Source of the DNA: Gemmatimonadota bacterium
GTDB taxonomy: Bacteria > Gemmatimonadota > Gemmatimonadetes > Gemmatimonadales > GWC2-71-9
Assembly: GCA_016713785.1 (NCBI GenBank)
Contig: JADJOM010000003.1
Location: 13,497 to 77,496, forward strand
Reading direction: 5' to 3'
DNA: 64,000 nucleotides
Shown here in pieces: positions 49,857-58,334 of this stretch (its first letter is position 1; the number at the start of each line of letters is the position of its first letter). The notes below the pieces were generated by a model. That model made no database searches and was not told the DNA's origin. It saw only the letters and a list, made by a program, of their open reading frames with translations. Both the position numbers and the translations under genes were made by a program.

Positions 49857-49865
49857 GGGGGGGCC

Positions 49866-51623
49866 CTAGGGTTTCCACCACCGGAGGGCGGCCTGGGCCC
49901 ATTCCCCGCTCCGGCGCCGTAACCCCCTGGTGGTGGCCCGGTTGAGGGCCATCAGGAACTCCGCGGCGGAGGGGTAGCGCTGCTCCACCTCGGCGTGCAG
50001 CCCGCGCTCCAATACCCGAGCCAGGTCCTCCCCCACGTCGGACCGCCGCTCCAGCAGCTCCGGCCGCTGGTTGGTGGTCTGCCGGGTGAGCACCTGCTCC
50101 ACCGTCTGCCCGAAGAACGGGGGCTCCCCCAGCAGGGCGTAGTACGCCACCGCGGCCAGGCTGTAGAGGTCGGAGCGCTGGTCCACCCGCTCGCCCAGCA
50201 GCTGCTCGGGGCTCGCGAACATCGGGGTGCCGCTCTGGCTGGTGGCGCCGCCGAAGCGCCCCTGGCCCCGCAGCGCCAGCGCCAGGCCGAAGTCGGTGAT
50301 CTGGAGCGACCCGGTCTGGTCGATCAACATGTTCTCGGGCTTGAGGTCGCGGTGCACCAGGCCGCTCGCGTGGGCCTGCGCCAGCGCGCTGAGCGACTCC
50401 TTGAGCAGCCGCACCACCCGCTCCACCGGGAGGGGGCCTTCCTTTTCCACCAGCTGCGCCAGGTTGGGGCCCTTCACCAGCTCCATGGTGTACCAGAGCA
50501 GCCCCGACCGCCCGCCGATGTCGTAGATCTGCACGATGTTCGCGTGGGAGAGCCGCCCCGCCAGCTGCGCCTCCCGCCGGAACCGCTCCACCACCGCCGG
50601 GTCGGCGGTCAGGTGCGGGTGCAGCACCTTGAGGGCCACCTCGCGCTCCAGGTGCAGGTCGCGCACCCGGTACACCCGGCCATAGCCGCCCCGGCCCAGC
50701 AGCGAGAGCAGCTCGTAGTCGTCGCCCAGGGCGCGGCGGAGCCGCTTCTCCCAGTGGCGCCCGTCGTCCGACTCGCCGGGGAGGAGGCGGGGGCTCACCT
50801 GCACCATCACCGCCGCGTTCTCGAAGGTCCCCGCGTCGCTCGCGAAGTCCTCCAGCATCTCTGCCGCGGAGAGGTAGCGGTCGTCGGCCACGGGGCGCAG
50901 GGCCCGGAGCAGGATCCGCTCGATGGCGCGGGGGCAGTTGGGGCGCAGCTCGGAGGGCGGGCGCAGCTCGCGGGAGTCGAGCGGCGGCTCCTGTCCGGTC
51001 ACGGCGTAATAGAGAATCGCGCCGGCGGTGTAGATGTCGCTCGTGGGGTCGCCGGTGGCGCCGCTCCGGACCTCGGGCGCCATGAAGGCCTGGGCGCTCG
51101 GCATCTCGCCCGCGGGGATGGCCGGCAGGGTCCAGTTGGAGAAGCGGAGGTCGGTGACCGTGCCGCGCCCGCCCAGGTTCACCAGCAGCGAGGTCGGGGC
51201 GATCCGCCGCAGCACCACGCCGTGCGCGTGGGCGTGCTCCAGCCCGCTCAGCACGTCGCGGGCGAGGATGTGGACGGCCGGGAAGGGGCGGGGGCCGCGC
51301 TGGGTGGCCTCGAGCAGGCTCTCCCCGTCGATCCAGTTGCCCACCCGGAAGGCGATGTCGCCCACCACGCCGGCGTCGTAGACGTGCCGGATGGCGGGGT
51401 GATCGAGCTGGGCCAGCGCCTCCGCCTCGCGCAGGAACCAGGCCCGGGTCTGGTCATCGGGATAGAGGTTGACCCGCAGGGAGACCCGACGGGTGAGCAG
51501 CTTGTCCTGCGCCGTGAAGAGCACCCGTTCGCGCGAGGCGGCCACCATCGTCTCCAGCCGGAAGCGCTGGCCCAGCGCCGCTTCCACGCGTTCGAAGATG
51601 GTGAGGGGAGGGGGCGTCGTCAT
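49866..51623 (-). CDS. tandem pseudokinase-kinase Ser/Thr protein kinase
   Basis: The N-half is kinase-like but lacks catalytic residues (VSLRV instead of VAxK, VVLRRIAP instead of HRDxKP). The C-half has GRGGYGRVY, VALKVL, HRDLKPEN, DFGLA, SPE. Confidence 0.85.
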   Translation of the reverse strand: MTTPPPLTIFERVEAALGQRFRLETMVAASRERVLFTAQDKLLTRRVSLRVNLYPDDQTRAWFLREAEALAQLDHPAIRHVYDAGVVGDIAFRVGNWIDGESLLEATQRGPRPFPAVHILARDVLSGLEHAHAHGVVLRRIAPTSLLVNLGGRGTVTDLRFSNWTLPAIPAGEMPSAQAFMAPEVRSGATGDPTSDIYTAGAILYYAVTGQEPPLDSRELRPPSELRPNCPRAIERILLRALRPVADDRYLSAAEMLEDFASDAGTFENAAVMVQVSPRLLPGESDDGRHWEKRLRRALGDDYELLSLLGRGGYGRVYRVRDLHLEREVALKVLHPHLTADPAVVERFRREAQLAGRLSHANIVQIYDIGGRSGLLWYTMELVKGPNLAQLVEKEGPLPVERVVRLLKESLSALAQAHASGLVHRDLKPENMLIDQTGSLQITDFGLALALRGQGRFGGATSQSGTPMFASPEQLLGERVDQRSDLYSLAAVAYYALLGEPPFFGQTVEQVLTRQTTNQRPELLERRSDVGEDLARVLERGLHAEVEQRYPSAAEFLMALNRATTRGLRRRSGEWAQAALRWWKP

Positions 51624-51635
51624 CGGGGAGGGCGG

Positions 51636-52199
51636 CTAGCCGTCGGCGAGGAGGGGGGTGGGCCGGCTGCCGCGCCGCCGCTCGATCCGGCCCCGGTCGC
51701 CGCAGCGGCTGCGGCTGCACCAGCGCCGGGCCTGCTGCGGCGATTCATCGGCGAAGAACAGCCCGCACTCCGGGTTGGCGCAGTGCCGCACCACCACCAG
51801 GGGGTTGGCCAGGCTGGCCGCCGCCGACTGGGCGATGGCCTGCAGCGCCGCGGGAGGCCGCGCCACCTGGAACCGGAGCCGCCAGCTGCCACCGACCCGC
51901 ACCAGCTGCTCCCGGCCATCCAGCGCCCCCAGCCGGGCATTGATCGCCTCGATTGCCCCGGGGGAGGGGCTGCGCCCCTCGTCCAGGGCGCGGGCCAGCG
52001 CCAGCAGCCTGGTCCGGAAGGCGCGCGCCTCCGCAAAGCTGGCGCGATCGGCCGGCGGCTCCACGCGGACCGCCTTGGTCCAGCGCAGCCAGGCGCCGGG
52101 ATCGGCCAGGGTATCGGTGGGGCCGGGGGGCGTGTGCGCGGTGTTCACGAATTCGAGCCACAGCGCGTCGCCGAGCAGCAGGAACTCGGGATCGGCCAT
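51636..52199 (-). CDS. CGNR zinc-finger (ABATE plus zf-CGNR) domain protein
   Basis: ALWLEFVNT... in the N-domain. The C-terminus is HCANPECGLFFADESPQQARRWCSRSRCGDRGR. Confidence 0.8.
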   Translation of the reverse strand: MADPEFLLLGDALWLEFVNTAHTPPGPTDTLADPGAWLRWTKAVRVEPPADRASFAEARAFRTRLLALARALDEGRSPSPGAIEAINARLGALDGREQLVRVGGSWRLRFQVARPPAALQAIAQSAAASLANPLVVVRHCANPECGLFFADESPQQARRWCSRSRCGDRGRIERRRGSRPTPLLADG

Positions 52200-52203
52200 G
52201 GGG

Positions 52204-53544
52204 TCAGGCGTCCTCGGCGGTCTGCACCGCGTCACGGCCGCCGCGCTTGGCGCGGTAGAGCGCCATGTCGGCGGCGCCGAGGATGGCGTCGGGCGTGGCG
52301 CCGTGCCGCGGCGCCTCCGCGATGCCCATGCTCAGGGAGGGCCGGCCGTACTCCGGGTGGGTCTTGCCCAGGAGGGCCACCGCCCGCTGCACCCGCGCGG
52401 CGAACACCACCGCCTCCTCCGCGCTGGTCATCGGCAGGATCACCAGGAATTCGTCGCCGCCCACGCGCCCCACGGCGTCGAGGGAGCGGCACTGCGACCG
52501 GATGGCGCCGGCGATCTCCACCAGCAGCCGGTCGCCGGCGGCGTGCCCCAGGGTGTCGTTGACGGTCTTGAAGCGGTCCAGGTCCACCGCCACCACGCTG
52601 GTGCGGATCTGGTGCCGGTGGGTGCGGGAGAGCTCCGCCGCGAGCCGTTCCTCCATGGCCCGGCGGTTGGAGAGCCCCGTCAGCGGATCGGTGCTCGCGG
52701 CGCTCTGCAGCTGCTCCACCAGCTGCGCGTTCTTGAGCGCGATCGCCGCGGCGAAGGCCAGGGTGCCGGCCAGGTCGGATTCCGAGGGGCCGAACGCCTG
52801 CTCGTGCAGCCGCGGCCCCAGCGCCAGCACCGCCAGCCGTTCCGACCCGGCCTCCAGCGACACCACGATCTGGGTGGTGGGCGGGAACAGCCTGGCGATC
52901 GCCGCGTCGTTGGCGGTGGCCACCGGGCTGTCGCCCGGGAGCGCGCTCTCGAGCTGGTGCCGCGGCACCGGCGCCAGCGACATCGAGCCCTTGAGCGAGC
53001 GTACCACCTTGGGGATGTACACCTCGCCCAGCGGCCGGTACAGGCAGGCCCACCAGCAGAAGAACACCTCGGCCATGAAGTCGAGGATCAGGTTCTCCGT
53101 CTCCTCCCCTGAGTGCACCGAGGAGAGCAGCCGCGCCACCTGCCGCAGGGCCCGGAGCTGGAACACCGCGTCGTCCAGCTGCCCCTGCCGCTCCCGAAGC
53201 ACCCCGTGCAGCTCGAGCATCACCGACAGCCCCAGCGCAATTGGGGTGGCGTGCCCGCGCAGCTCGGCGGCCACCGAGGGATCGGCGTGGATGGCGATCT
53301 CGGTCTGGCCGCTGGAGAGCCGCACCACCTCCTGCGCACCCCCCAGCCAGTCGGGCGGGGGCAGCAGCGGCACCAGGGCGCCGGGGGAGCTGACCTGGAA
53401 CCAGATGCGCTCGCTCCCGAACCGGCGCACCAGCGACTCCCGGCAGCGCTCGAACAGCTCGGTGTCGGAGCTGGCGGAGCGGCACGCCGTGGCAAAGGCG
53501 CTGGGCAGCGAGGCCAGGGAGGAGAGTGCGGTCGGGGAGTCCAT
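52204..53544 (-). CDS. diguanylate cyclase (GGDEF) with N-terminal GAF-like sensor region
   Basis: DPLTGLSNRRAMEE...VAVDLDRFKTVNDTLGHAAGD...RVGGDEFLVIL...ALYRAKRGGRD. The start is MDSPTAL at 53544. The longer 830-aa ORF upstream is antisense to the carbonic anhydrase gene. Confidence 0.9.
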   Translation of the reverse strand: MDSPTALSSLASLPSAFATACRSASSDTELFERCRESLVRRFGSERIWFQVSSPGALVPLLPPPDWLGGAQEVVRLSSGQTEIAIHADPSVAAELRGHATPIALGLSVMLELHGVLRERQGQLDDAVFQLRALRQVARLLSSVHSGEETENLILDFMAEVFFCWWACLYRPLGEVYIPKVVRSLKGSMSLAPVPRHQLESALPGDSPVATANDAAIARLFPPTTQIVVSLEAGSERLAVLALGPRLHEQAFGPSESDLAGTLAFAAAIALKNAQLVEQLQSAASTDPLTGLSNRRAMEERLAAELSRTHRHQIRTSVVAVDLDRFKTVNDTLGHAAGDRLLVEIAGAIRSQCRSLDAVGRVGGDEFLVILPMTSAEEAVVFAARVQRAVALLGKTHPEYGRPSLSMGIAEAPRHGATPDAILGAADMALYRAKRGGRDAVQTAEDA

Positions 53545-53709
53545 CCTGTTGCCCAATATAGTGATAGCCGCTACCGCTGGCGAGGACGAATTCGACTCAA
53601 GCGCCGGTGTGGCGCGGACGATACTCCGGGAGACCGGCGACCGAGCGCCCTCGAGGAGCCGCGGCGCGGCGACTCGGGCGCGAGGGAGGCCTGGACTCCT
53701 GGAGGCTTT

Positions 53710-54588
53710 GTGAACAAGCTCGGCATGGCGTTGGGTGGCGTCGGGACCTTCCTCGGCGCGGCGGTCCTCGGATTCGTGGTGCTGCTGGCGCGGGAGGCCC
53801 GGACCGCGGGCCACGAGGTCCAGGCCCTGCGGGGGCAGGTGGCCGAACTGCAGGCGCAGCTTGCCACCGGGGCCGACCAGGCCCGGACGGGGCACGGCCG
53901 GGCCAACGTGCTCACCAGCTTCAACCCCGACGTGAACCTGCCTCGCTTCAAGGAAACCGCCTTCGTGGACCCGATGGCGAGCGTCATCGGCGACGTGCAG
54001 CTCGGCGGCGGCGTCTACGTGGCGCCCTTCGCCTCGCTCCGCGGCGACGAGGGGCAGCCCATCGCCCTGGGCGACGAAACCAACGTCCAGGATGGCGTGG
54101 TGTTGCACGCGCTGGAGACGGAGAGCCACGGCCAGCCGGTGGCCAACCGCACCTACGAGGTGAACGGCCGAAAGTACGCCGTCTACGTGGGCAAGCGGGT
54201 CTCGCTGGCCCACCAGTCGCAGGTGCACGGTCCCGCCCGGATCGACGACGACGTGTTCGTCGGGATGCAGGCGCTGGTGTTCAAGGCGTGGGTGGGGCGC
54301 GGCTCGGTCATCGAGCCCGGGGCCAAGGTCATCGGGGTGATTGTGCCGCCCGGCCGGTACGTCCGCGCCGGCTCGGTGCTCACCGACCAGAAGCTGGCCG
54401 ACCAGCTGCCCGAGATCACCGAGGACTATCCGTTCAAGGGACTCAACGAGGCGGTGGTGCACGTGAACACCAGCTTCGCCGAGAGCTACGGCGCCGCGGC
54501 GCGGCCGGCGCCGGCGGAGGGCGAGGCGGGGGCCGCCGGCGGGCATGGCGAGGTCGCGGCCCAGACCGCGCCCGCCGAGCACCACTAG
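53710..54588 (+). CDS. gamma-class carbonic anhydrase (Cam-like left-handed beta-helix) with N-terminal membrane anchor and coiled coil
   Basis: SVIGDVQLGGGVYVAPFASLRGDEGQPIALGDETNVQDGVVLHALE...YAVYVGKRVSLAHQSQVHGPARIDDDVFVGMQALVFKAWVG closely follows the Methanosarcina Cam sequence as I recall it. GGAGG lies upstream of GTG 53710. Confidence 0.8.
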   Translation: MNKLGMALGGVGTFLGAAVLGFVVLLAREARTAGHEVQALRGQVAELQAQLATGADQARTGHGRANVLTSFNPDVNLPRFKETAFVDPMASVIGDVQLGGGVYVAPFASLRGDEGQPIALGDETNVQDGVVLHALETESHGQPVANRTYEVNGRKYAVYVGKRVSLAHQSQVHGPARIDDDVFVGMQALVFKAWVGRGSVIEPGAKVIGVIVPPGRYVRAGSVLTDQKLADQLPEITEDYPFKGLNEAVVHVNTSFAESYGAAARPAPAEGEAGAAGGHGEVAAQTAPAEHH

Positions 54589-55187
54589 TCGAGGCTGTCG
54601 ACCAGCCGCTCGGAGAGGCCGCGCAGCTCCGCGAGCAGCGGGGGGCGCGGCCCGATGGGGTGGCGCGCCAGCACGTCGACGATGGCCCCGAACCACCAGC
54701 GCAGCGTCGGCGCGCCCCCCGGGGCGTAGCTGCTCAGGTACTCCGGCCCCAGGCGCCGCACGTCGGTGAGCAGCGCCCCGCAGGCATAGATCTCCTGGGC
54801 CGCCAGCACCTCCAGGGCGCAGGGCTCGGCGTTCGTCAGGCCGGCCAGCAGCTCCATCCGCGCCGCCTCCCAGCCGCGGGGCTTGCCCCGCCCGTCGAAT
54901 CGCGGCTCCAGCACCTGCACCAGCACCTGGCCCACCCGCACCCCGAACTTCCCCTCCACCTTGGTGAGCAGCTCGCGCTGGCGCCCGGCCTCGGCGTCGT
55001 TGACCACGGGGCGCAGGATGCCCGCCACGATGCCGGGCTCCTCCACGCCGTGGCGGGAGAGGATCACCGCCACGTTCGCCGGCGCCGTGGGCCAGGTGCC
55101 TGTCCCGCCGGTCATGGGGCGGGGGTGGCCGTGCTTGGCCGCGAAGGCGAGGGCGTGCGCAATGCGGTCCGAATAACCGATCGTCAT
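54585..55187 (-). CDS. hypothetical protein, degenerate HD/SpoT-hydrolase-like N-terminus
   Basis: RIAHALAFAAKHGH... resembles the start of HD-domain hydrolases, but the HD dyad is not evident. ATGA overlap with queE. Confidence 0.35.
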   Translation of the reverse strand: MTIGYSDRIAHALAFAAKHGHPRPMTGGTGTWPTAPANVAVILSRHGVEEPGIVAGILRPVVNDAEAGRQRELLTKVEGKFGVRVGQVLVQVLEPRFDGRGKPRGWEAARMELLAGLTNAEPCALEVLAAQEIYACGALLTDVRRLGPEYLSSYAPGGAPTLRWWFGAIVDVLARHPIGPRPPLLAELRGLSERLVDSLD

Positions 55188-55825
55188 GGGATACCCAGCA
55201 GCTTGTGGGTCTGCAGGCTCAGGCGCCACTCGGGGTGGCGCAGGCAATACTCCACGGCGCGGGCGGTGTTGGCCGCCTGCGCCGGTCCGTCCATCGGCTG
55301 CAGGTAGAACTGTCCGAAGCCGAGCCCGCGATACCGCTCCGGCTCGGCGTCCTCCTGCGGATACACCAGCTTGAGCTCGTGCCCGTGCGTGAGCACCAGC
55401 GGCGCCCCGGCCTTGGGGCTCACGCAGATCCAGTCGAGCCCGGGCGGCGCCGCCTGGGTGCCGTTGGTCTCGACCGCGACCTCGAACCCCGCCTGATGCA
55501 GCGCGTCGATCGCCGCGCCATCGAGCTGGAGGAGCGGTTCCCCGCCGGTGCAGACCACCAGCGGTCTTGCTCCTGGCGGGGTCACGGCCGGCCACGCCGC
55601 GCGCACCGCCGTCGCCAGCGCCGCGGCGCTCGCGAACCTCCCGCCCCCCGGCCCGTCGGTGCCCACGAACTCGGTATCGCAGAAGCGGCAGACGGCCGTG
55701 GCGCGGTCGGCCTCGCGGCCGCTCCAGAGATTGCACCCCGCGAAGCGGCAGAATACGGCCGGACGGCCCGCGTTCGCCCCCTCGCCCTGCAGGGTGTAGA
55801 AGATCTCCTTCACGGCGTAGGTCAT
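55184..55825 (-). CDS. queE: 7-carboxy-7-deazaguanine synthase (radical SAM)
   Basis: EIFYTLQGEGANAGRPAVFCRFAGCNLWSG...CRFCDTEF... Confidence 0.9.
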   Translation of the reverse strand: MTYAVKEIFYTLQGEGANAGRPAVFCRFAGCNLWSGREADRATAVCRFCDTEFVGTDGPGGGRFASAAALATAVRAAWPAVTPPGARPLVVCTGGEPLLQLDGAAIDALHQAGFEVAVETNGTQAAPPGLDWICVSPKAGAPLVLTHGHELKLVYPQEDAEPERYRGLGFGQFYLQPMDGPAQAANTARAVEYCLRHPEWRLSLQTHKLLGIP

Positions 55826-55882
55826 GGGCTCCTGGTGGTCGGCTCGGCGGCTCGGCCGGTTACCCGGGCCGAGACCGACGGT

Positions 55883-55922
55883 TCCCTCTTCCCTCTTCCC
55901 GCTTCCCGTTCCCCTTTTCCCT
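55883..55922. repeat. degenerate heptamer array (CTTCCCT/CTTCCCG) between queC and queE
   Basis: TCCCTCTTCCCTCTTCCCGCTTCCCGTTCCCCTTTTCCC. It is G-rich in the sense of the queC transcript, directly after its stop codon. Confidence 0.85.
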
Positions 55923-55928
55923 CAATGC

Positions 55929-56639
55929 CTACTTTGCCAACCCCGACGGCTGGTACGGCGCCGGGTCGTCCAGCCCGTTCTCCCGGAACCCGCGGAGGCG
56001 GAGCAGGCAGCTGTCGCAGTGGCCGCAGGCGGCGCCGTCGGGCGTCGGGTCGTAGCAGCTGCGGGTGACGCCGTAATCCACCCCCAGCTCCCGGCCCAGC
56101 GCGATGATCTCGCGCTTGGTCAGGTGAATGAGCGGGGTGTGGATGGTGAGCTTCCGCTCGCCACTTACTCCGGCGCGGGTGGCCAGGTTGGCCATCCGCT
56201 CGAACGCCGCGATGTACTCGGGTCGGCAGTCGGGGTAGCCGCTGTAGTCGAGTGCGTTCACGCCGATCATGATATCCCACGCCCCCAGCACCTCCGCCCA
56301 GGCCAGCGCGTAGGACAGGAAGATCGTATTGCGCGCCGGGACGTACGTGGACGGGATGTCCGGGGTGAGCTCCTCCACCCGGTCGTGCTTGGGGACGGGC
56401 AGGTCGCTGGTGAGGGCGGAGCCGCCGAAGAAGCGCAGGTCGATCGCCACCACCGCGTGTTCCGCCACCCCGGCCCGGCGGCAGACCTCCCGGGCGGCGG
56501 CCAGTTCCACGGCGTGGCGCTGGCCGTAGCGGAAGCTCAGGGCGTAGGGGAGGAACCCGTCCCGGCGGGCCACGGCCAGCGCGGTGGCCGAGTCGAGGCC
56601 ACCGGAGACGAGCACCACGGCGCGGGGAGAAGCGGGCAT
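55929..56639 (-). CDS. queC: 7-cyano-7-deazaguanine synthase
   Basis: [15 protein letters not shown]...[13 protein letters not shown]...[11 protein letters not shown]...[10 protein letters not shown]. Confidence 0.9.
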   Translation of the reverse strand: MPASPRAVVLVSGGLDSATALAVARRDGFLPYALSFRYGQRHAVELAAAREVCRRAGVAEHAVVAIDLRFFGGSALTSDLPVPKHDRVEELTPDIPSTYVPARNTIFLSYALAWAEVLGAWDIMIGVNALDYSGYPDCRPEYIAAFERMANLATRAGVSGERKLTIHTPLIHLTKREIIALGRELGVDYGVTRSCYDPTPDGAACGHCDSCLLRLRGFRENGLDDPAPYQPSGLAK

Positions 56640-56779
56640 CCAGCAAACCTAGCGCCCGTCAGCGGGACGGCGCCACGGTCTCGGGCCGCCCTACCGCCCT
56701 ACCGCCCTACCGCCCTACCGCCACTCCCTCGGGCCCGGGTCGCGGCTGCGCCGCTCCCGAAGGGCCCTCGGTCGCCGCC

Positions 56780-58159
56780 CTATCGCCCCAGCACGTGCCG
56801 CAGCGCCGCGCCGAGGTCCGCGTGGCGGAAGGTGTAGCCGGTGGCCTGGAGCCGTTCCGGGACGATCCGAAGGCTCGCGAGCAGCAGGTCGTCTGCCATC
56901 TCGCCCAGGGCCAGGCGGAGCGCCGCGGCCGGTACCGGCAGCATCGCAGGCCGCCCCAGCACTTCGGCCAGCACCCGGGTGAACTCGGCATTGGTGACGG
57001 GCGTCGGGGCGGTCAGGTTGACCGGCCCCGACACCGTCGGCGTGAACAGCGCGTGGGCGATGGCGCCGAGGACGTCGTCCACCCCGATCCAGCTCATGTA
57101 CTGCGTGCCGGTGCCCATCCGGCCGCCCACGCCGGCCAGGAACGGCGGCAGCATCTTGGCCAGCGCGCCACCGGCGGGGGTGAGCACCACGCCGATCCGC
57201 CCGCGCACCACGCGAATGCCCACGCGATCGGCGGAGGCGGCGGCCGCCTCCCAGGCGTGCCCCACCCGCTCGAGGAACCCCGCGTCGGGGCCGCTGCGGA
57301 GCGATGCCTGCTCCGCCTGCGGCTCATCTCCCAGCGGCGGATAGACGCCGACCGCACTGGCGGAGAACAGTACCCGGGGCCGGTCGGTCCGCCCCGCGAT
57401 GTGCTCGGCGAGCAGCTCGGTGGACTGCACCCGGCTGTCGAGGATCTTCCGTTTCTGCTCACTGGACCAGCGCGCCCCCGCGATCGGCTCGCCGGCGAGG
57501 TGGATCACCGCGTCCACGCCCTCGAGCGCGCGGGCATCGAACTCATGCCGCGCGGGGTTCCAGAGGTAGTCGCCTGGGCCGGGGTTGCGCCGCACCATCC
57601 GCCGCACGGTGTGGCCGCCGGAGGTGAGGAACGGGATGAGGCTTGCCCCCAGCATGCCGGTGCCCCCGGTCACGAGGATGGTGAGCGGGGCCGGGTGGCC
57701 GAGGCGCAGGTGCAGCGCGAGGTCGGCGGCCAGGGTGGCGTGCCGGTAGCGGAAGGTGCGCTGCAGCCGGGTGGCCACCATCGAGGCGCCGAGCTCGCCG
57801 ACGGCGCCGAAGGGGAGCTCGTACTGGATGTGGTCGATGTAGCGGCAGCGGTCGGGACCCAGCGGCTCGAACCGGTGGGTGTGCAGCCAGCGCGCAAAGG
57901 GCCCCTCCACCTGCTCGTCGACGAACTGGCGTCCCGGCTCGGCGGCGAGGTGGCGGGCCACCCAGCGCTGCTTCACCGGGCCGATCGGCACCTCGAGCAC
58001 CACGCGGCCATCGCCCAGGCCCCCCTCGCGCTCCAGGATGCGCACCGGCTCCCAGGGCGGCGCCAGCCGCTCGAAGGCCCCCGGCCGCGCGTGCCAGGCG
58101 TAGGCCGCCTCGGCCGAGACCGGCAGTTCGCTCGTGAGCTCGAAGATCTGGGATGCCAT
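56780..58159 (-). CDS. SRPBCC-domain plus NAD-dependent epimerase/DUF1731 (YfcH-like) fusion protein
   Basis: The N-part resembles a polyketide-cyclase/SRPBCC fold. This is followed by ILVTGGTGMLG (Rossmann) and a C-terminal YfcH-like region. Confidence 0.7.
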   Translation of the reverse strand: MASQIFELTSELPVSAEAAYAWHARPGAFERLAPPWEPVRILEREGGLGDGRVVLEVPIGPVKQRWVARHLAAEPGRQFVDEQVEGPFARWLHTHRFEPLGPDRCRYIDHIQYELPFGAVGELGASMVATRLQRTFRYRHATLAADLALHLRLGHPAPLTILVTGGTGMLGASLIPFLTSGGHTVRRMVRRNPGPGDYLWNPARHEFDARALEGVDAVIHLAGEPIAGARWSSEQKRKILDSRVQSTELLAEHIAGRTDRPRVLFSASAVGVYPPLGDEPQAEQASLRSGPDAGFLERVGHAWEAAAASADRVGIRVVRGRIGVVLTPAGGALAKMLPPFLAGVGGRMGTGTQYMSWIGVDDVLGAIAHALFTPTVSGPVNLTAPTPVTNAEFTRVLAEVLGRPAMLPVPAAALRLALGEMADDLLLASLRIVPERLQATGYTFRHADLGAALRHVLGR

Positions 58160-58334
58160 GGCACTCCCCTTCGGTGAAGGCCGTCCGGGTCCGGGTGAAC
58201 TATAGGGCCGCCGCCCGGGCGGTGCGTTCAGGGTTCCAGCGGCGCCGGCGCGGTCTGGACACCTCCCCCTCAGGACCTATCTTCACCCCTCCGGCAGGCC
58301 CCCGGAACACCCCGTTCCCGCATTCCCGTTTCCC

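Noticed and set aside
49995-54696. 855-aa plus-strand ORF (49995-52562) and the 830-aa minus-strand ORF (52204-54696)
   Set aside because: The first is antisense to the kinase and CGNR genes. Only the last 446 codons of the second (52204-53544) form the GGDEF protein; its upstream part is antisense to the Cam-like carbonic anhydrase.
56640-56780. preQ1 riboswitch upstream of queC
   Set aside because: The leader consists of octamer repeats and a GC-rich module of the REP-like family. I see no preQ1-type small hairpin with an A-rich tail.
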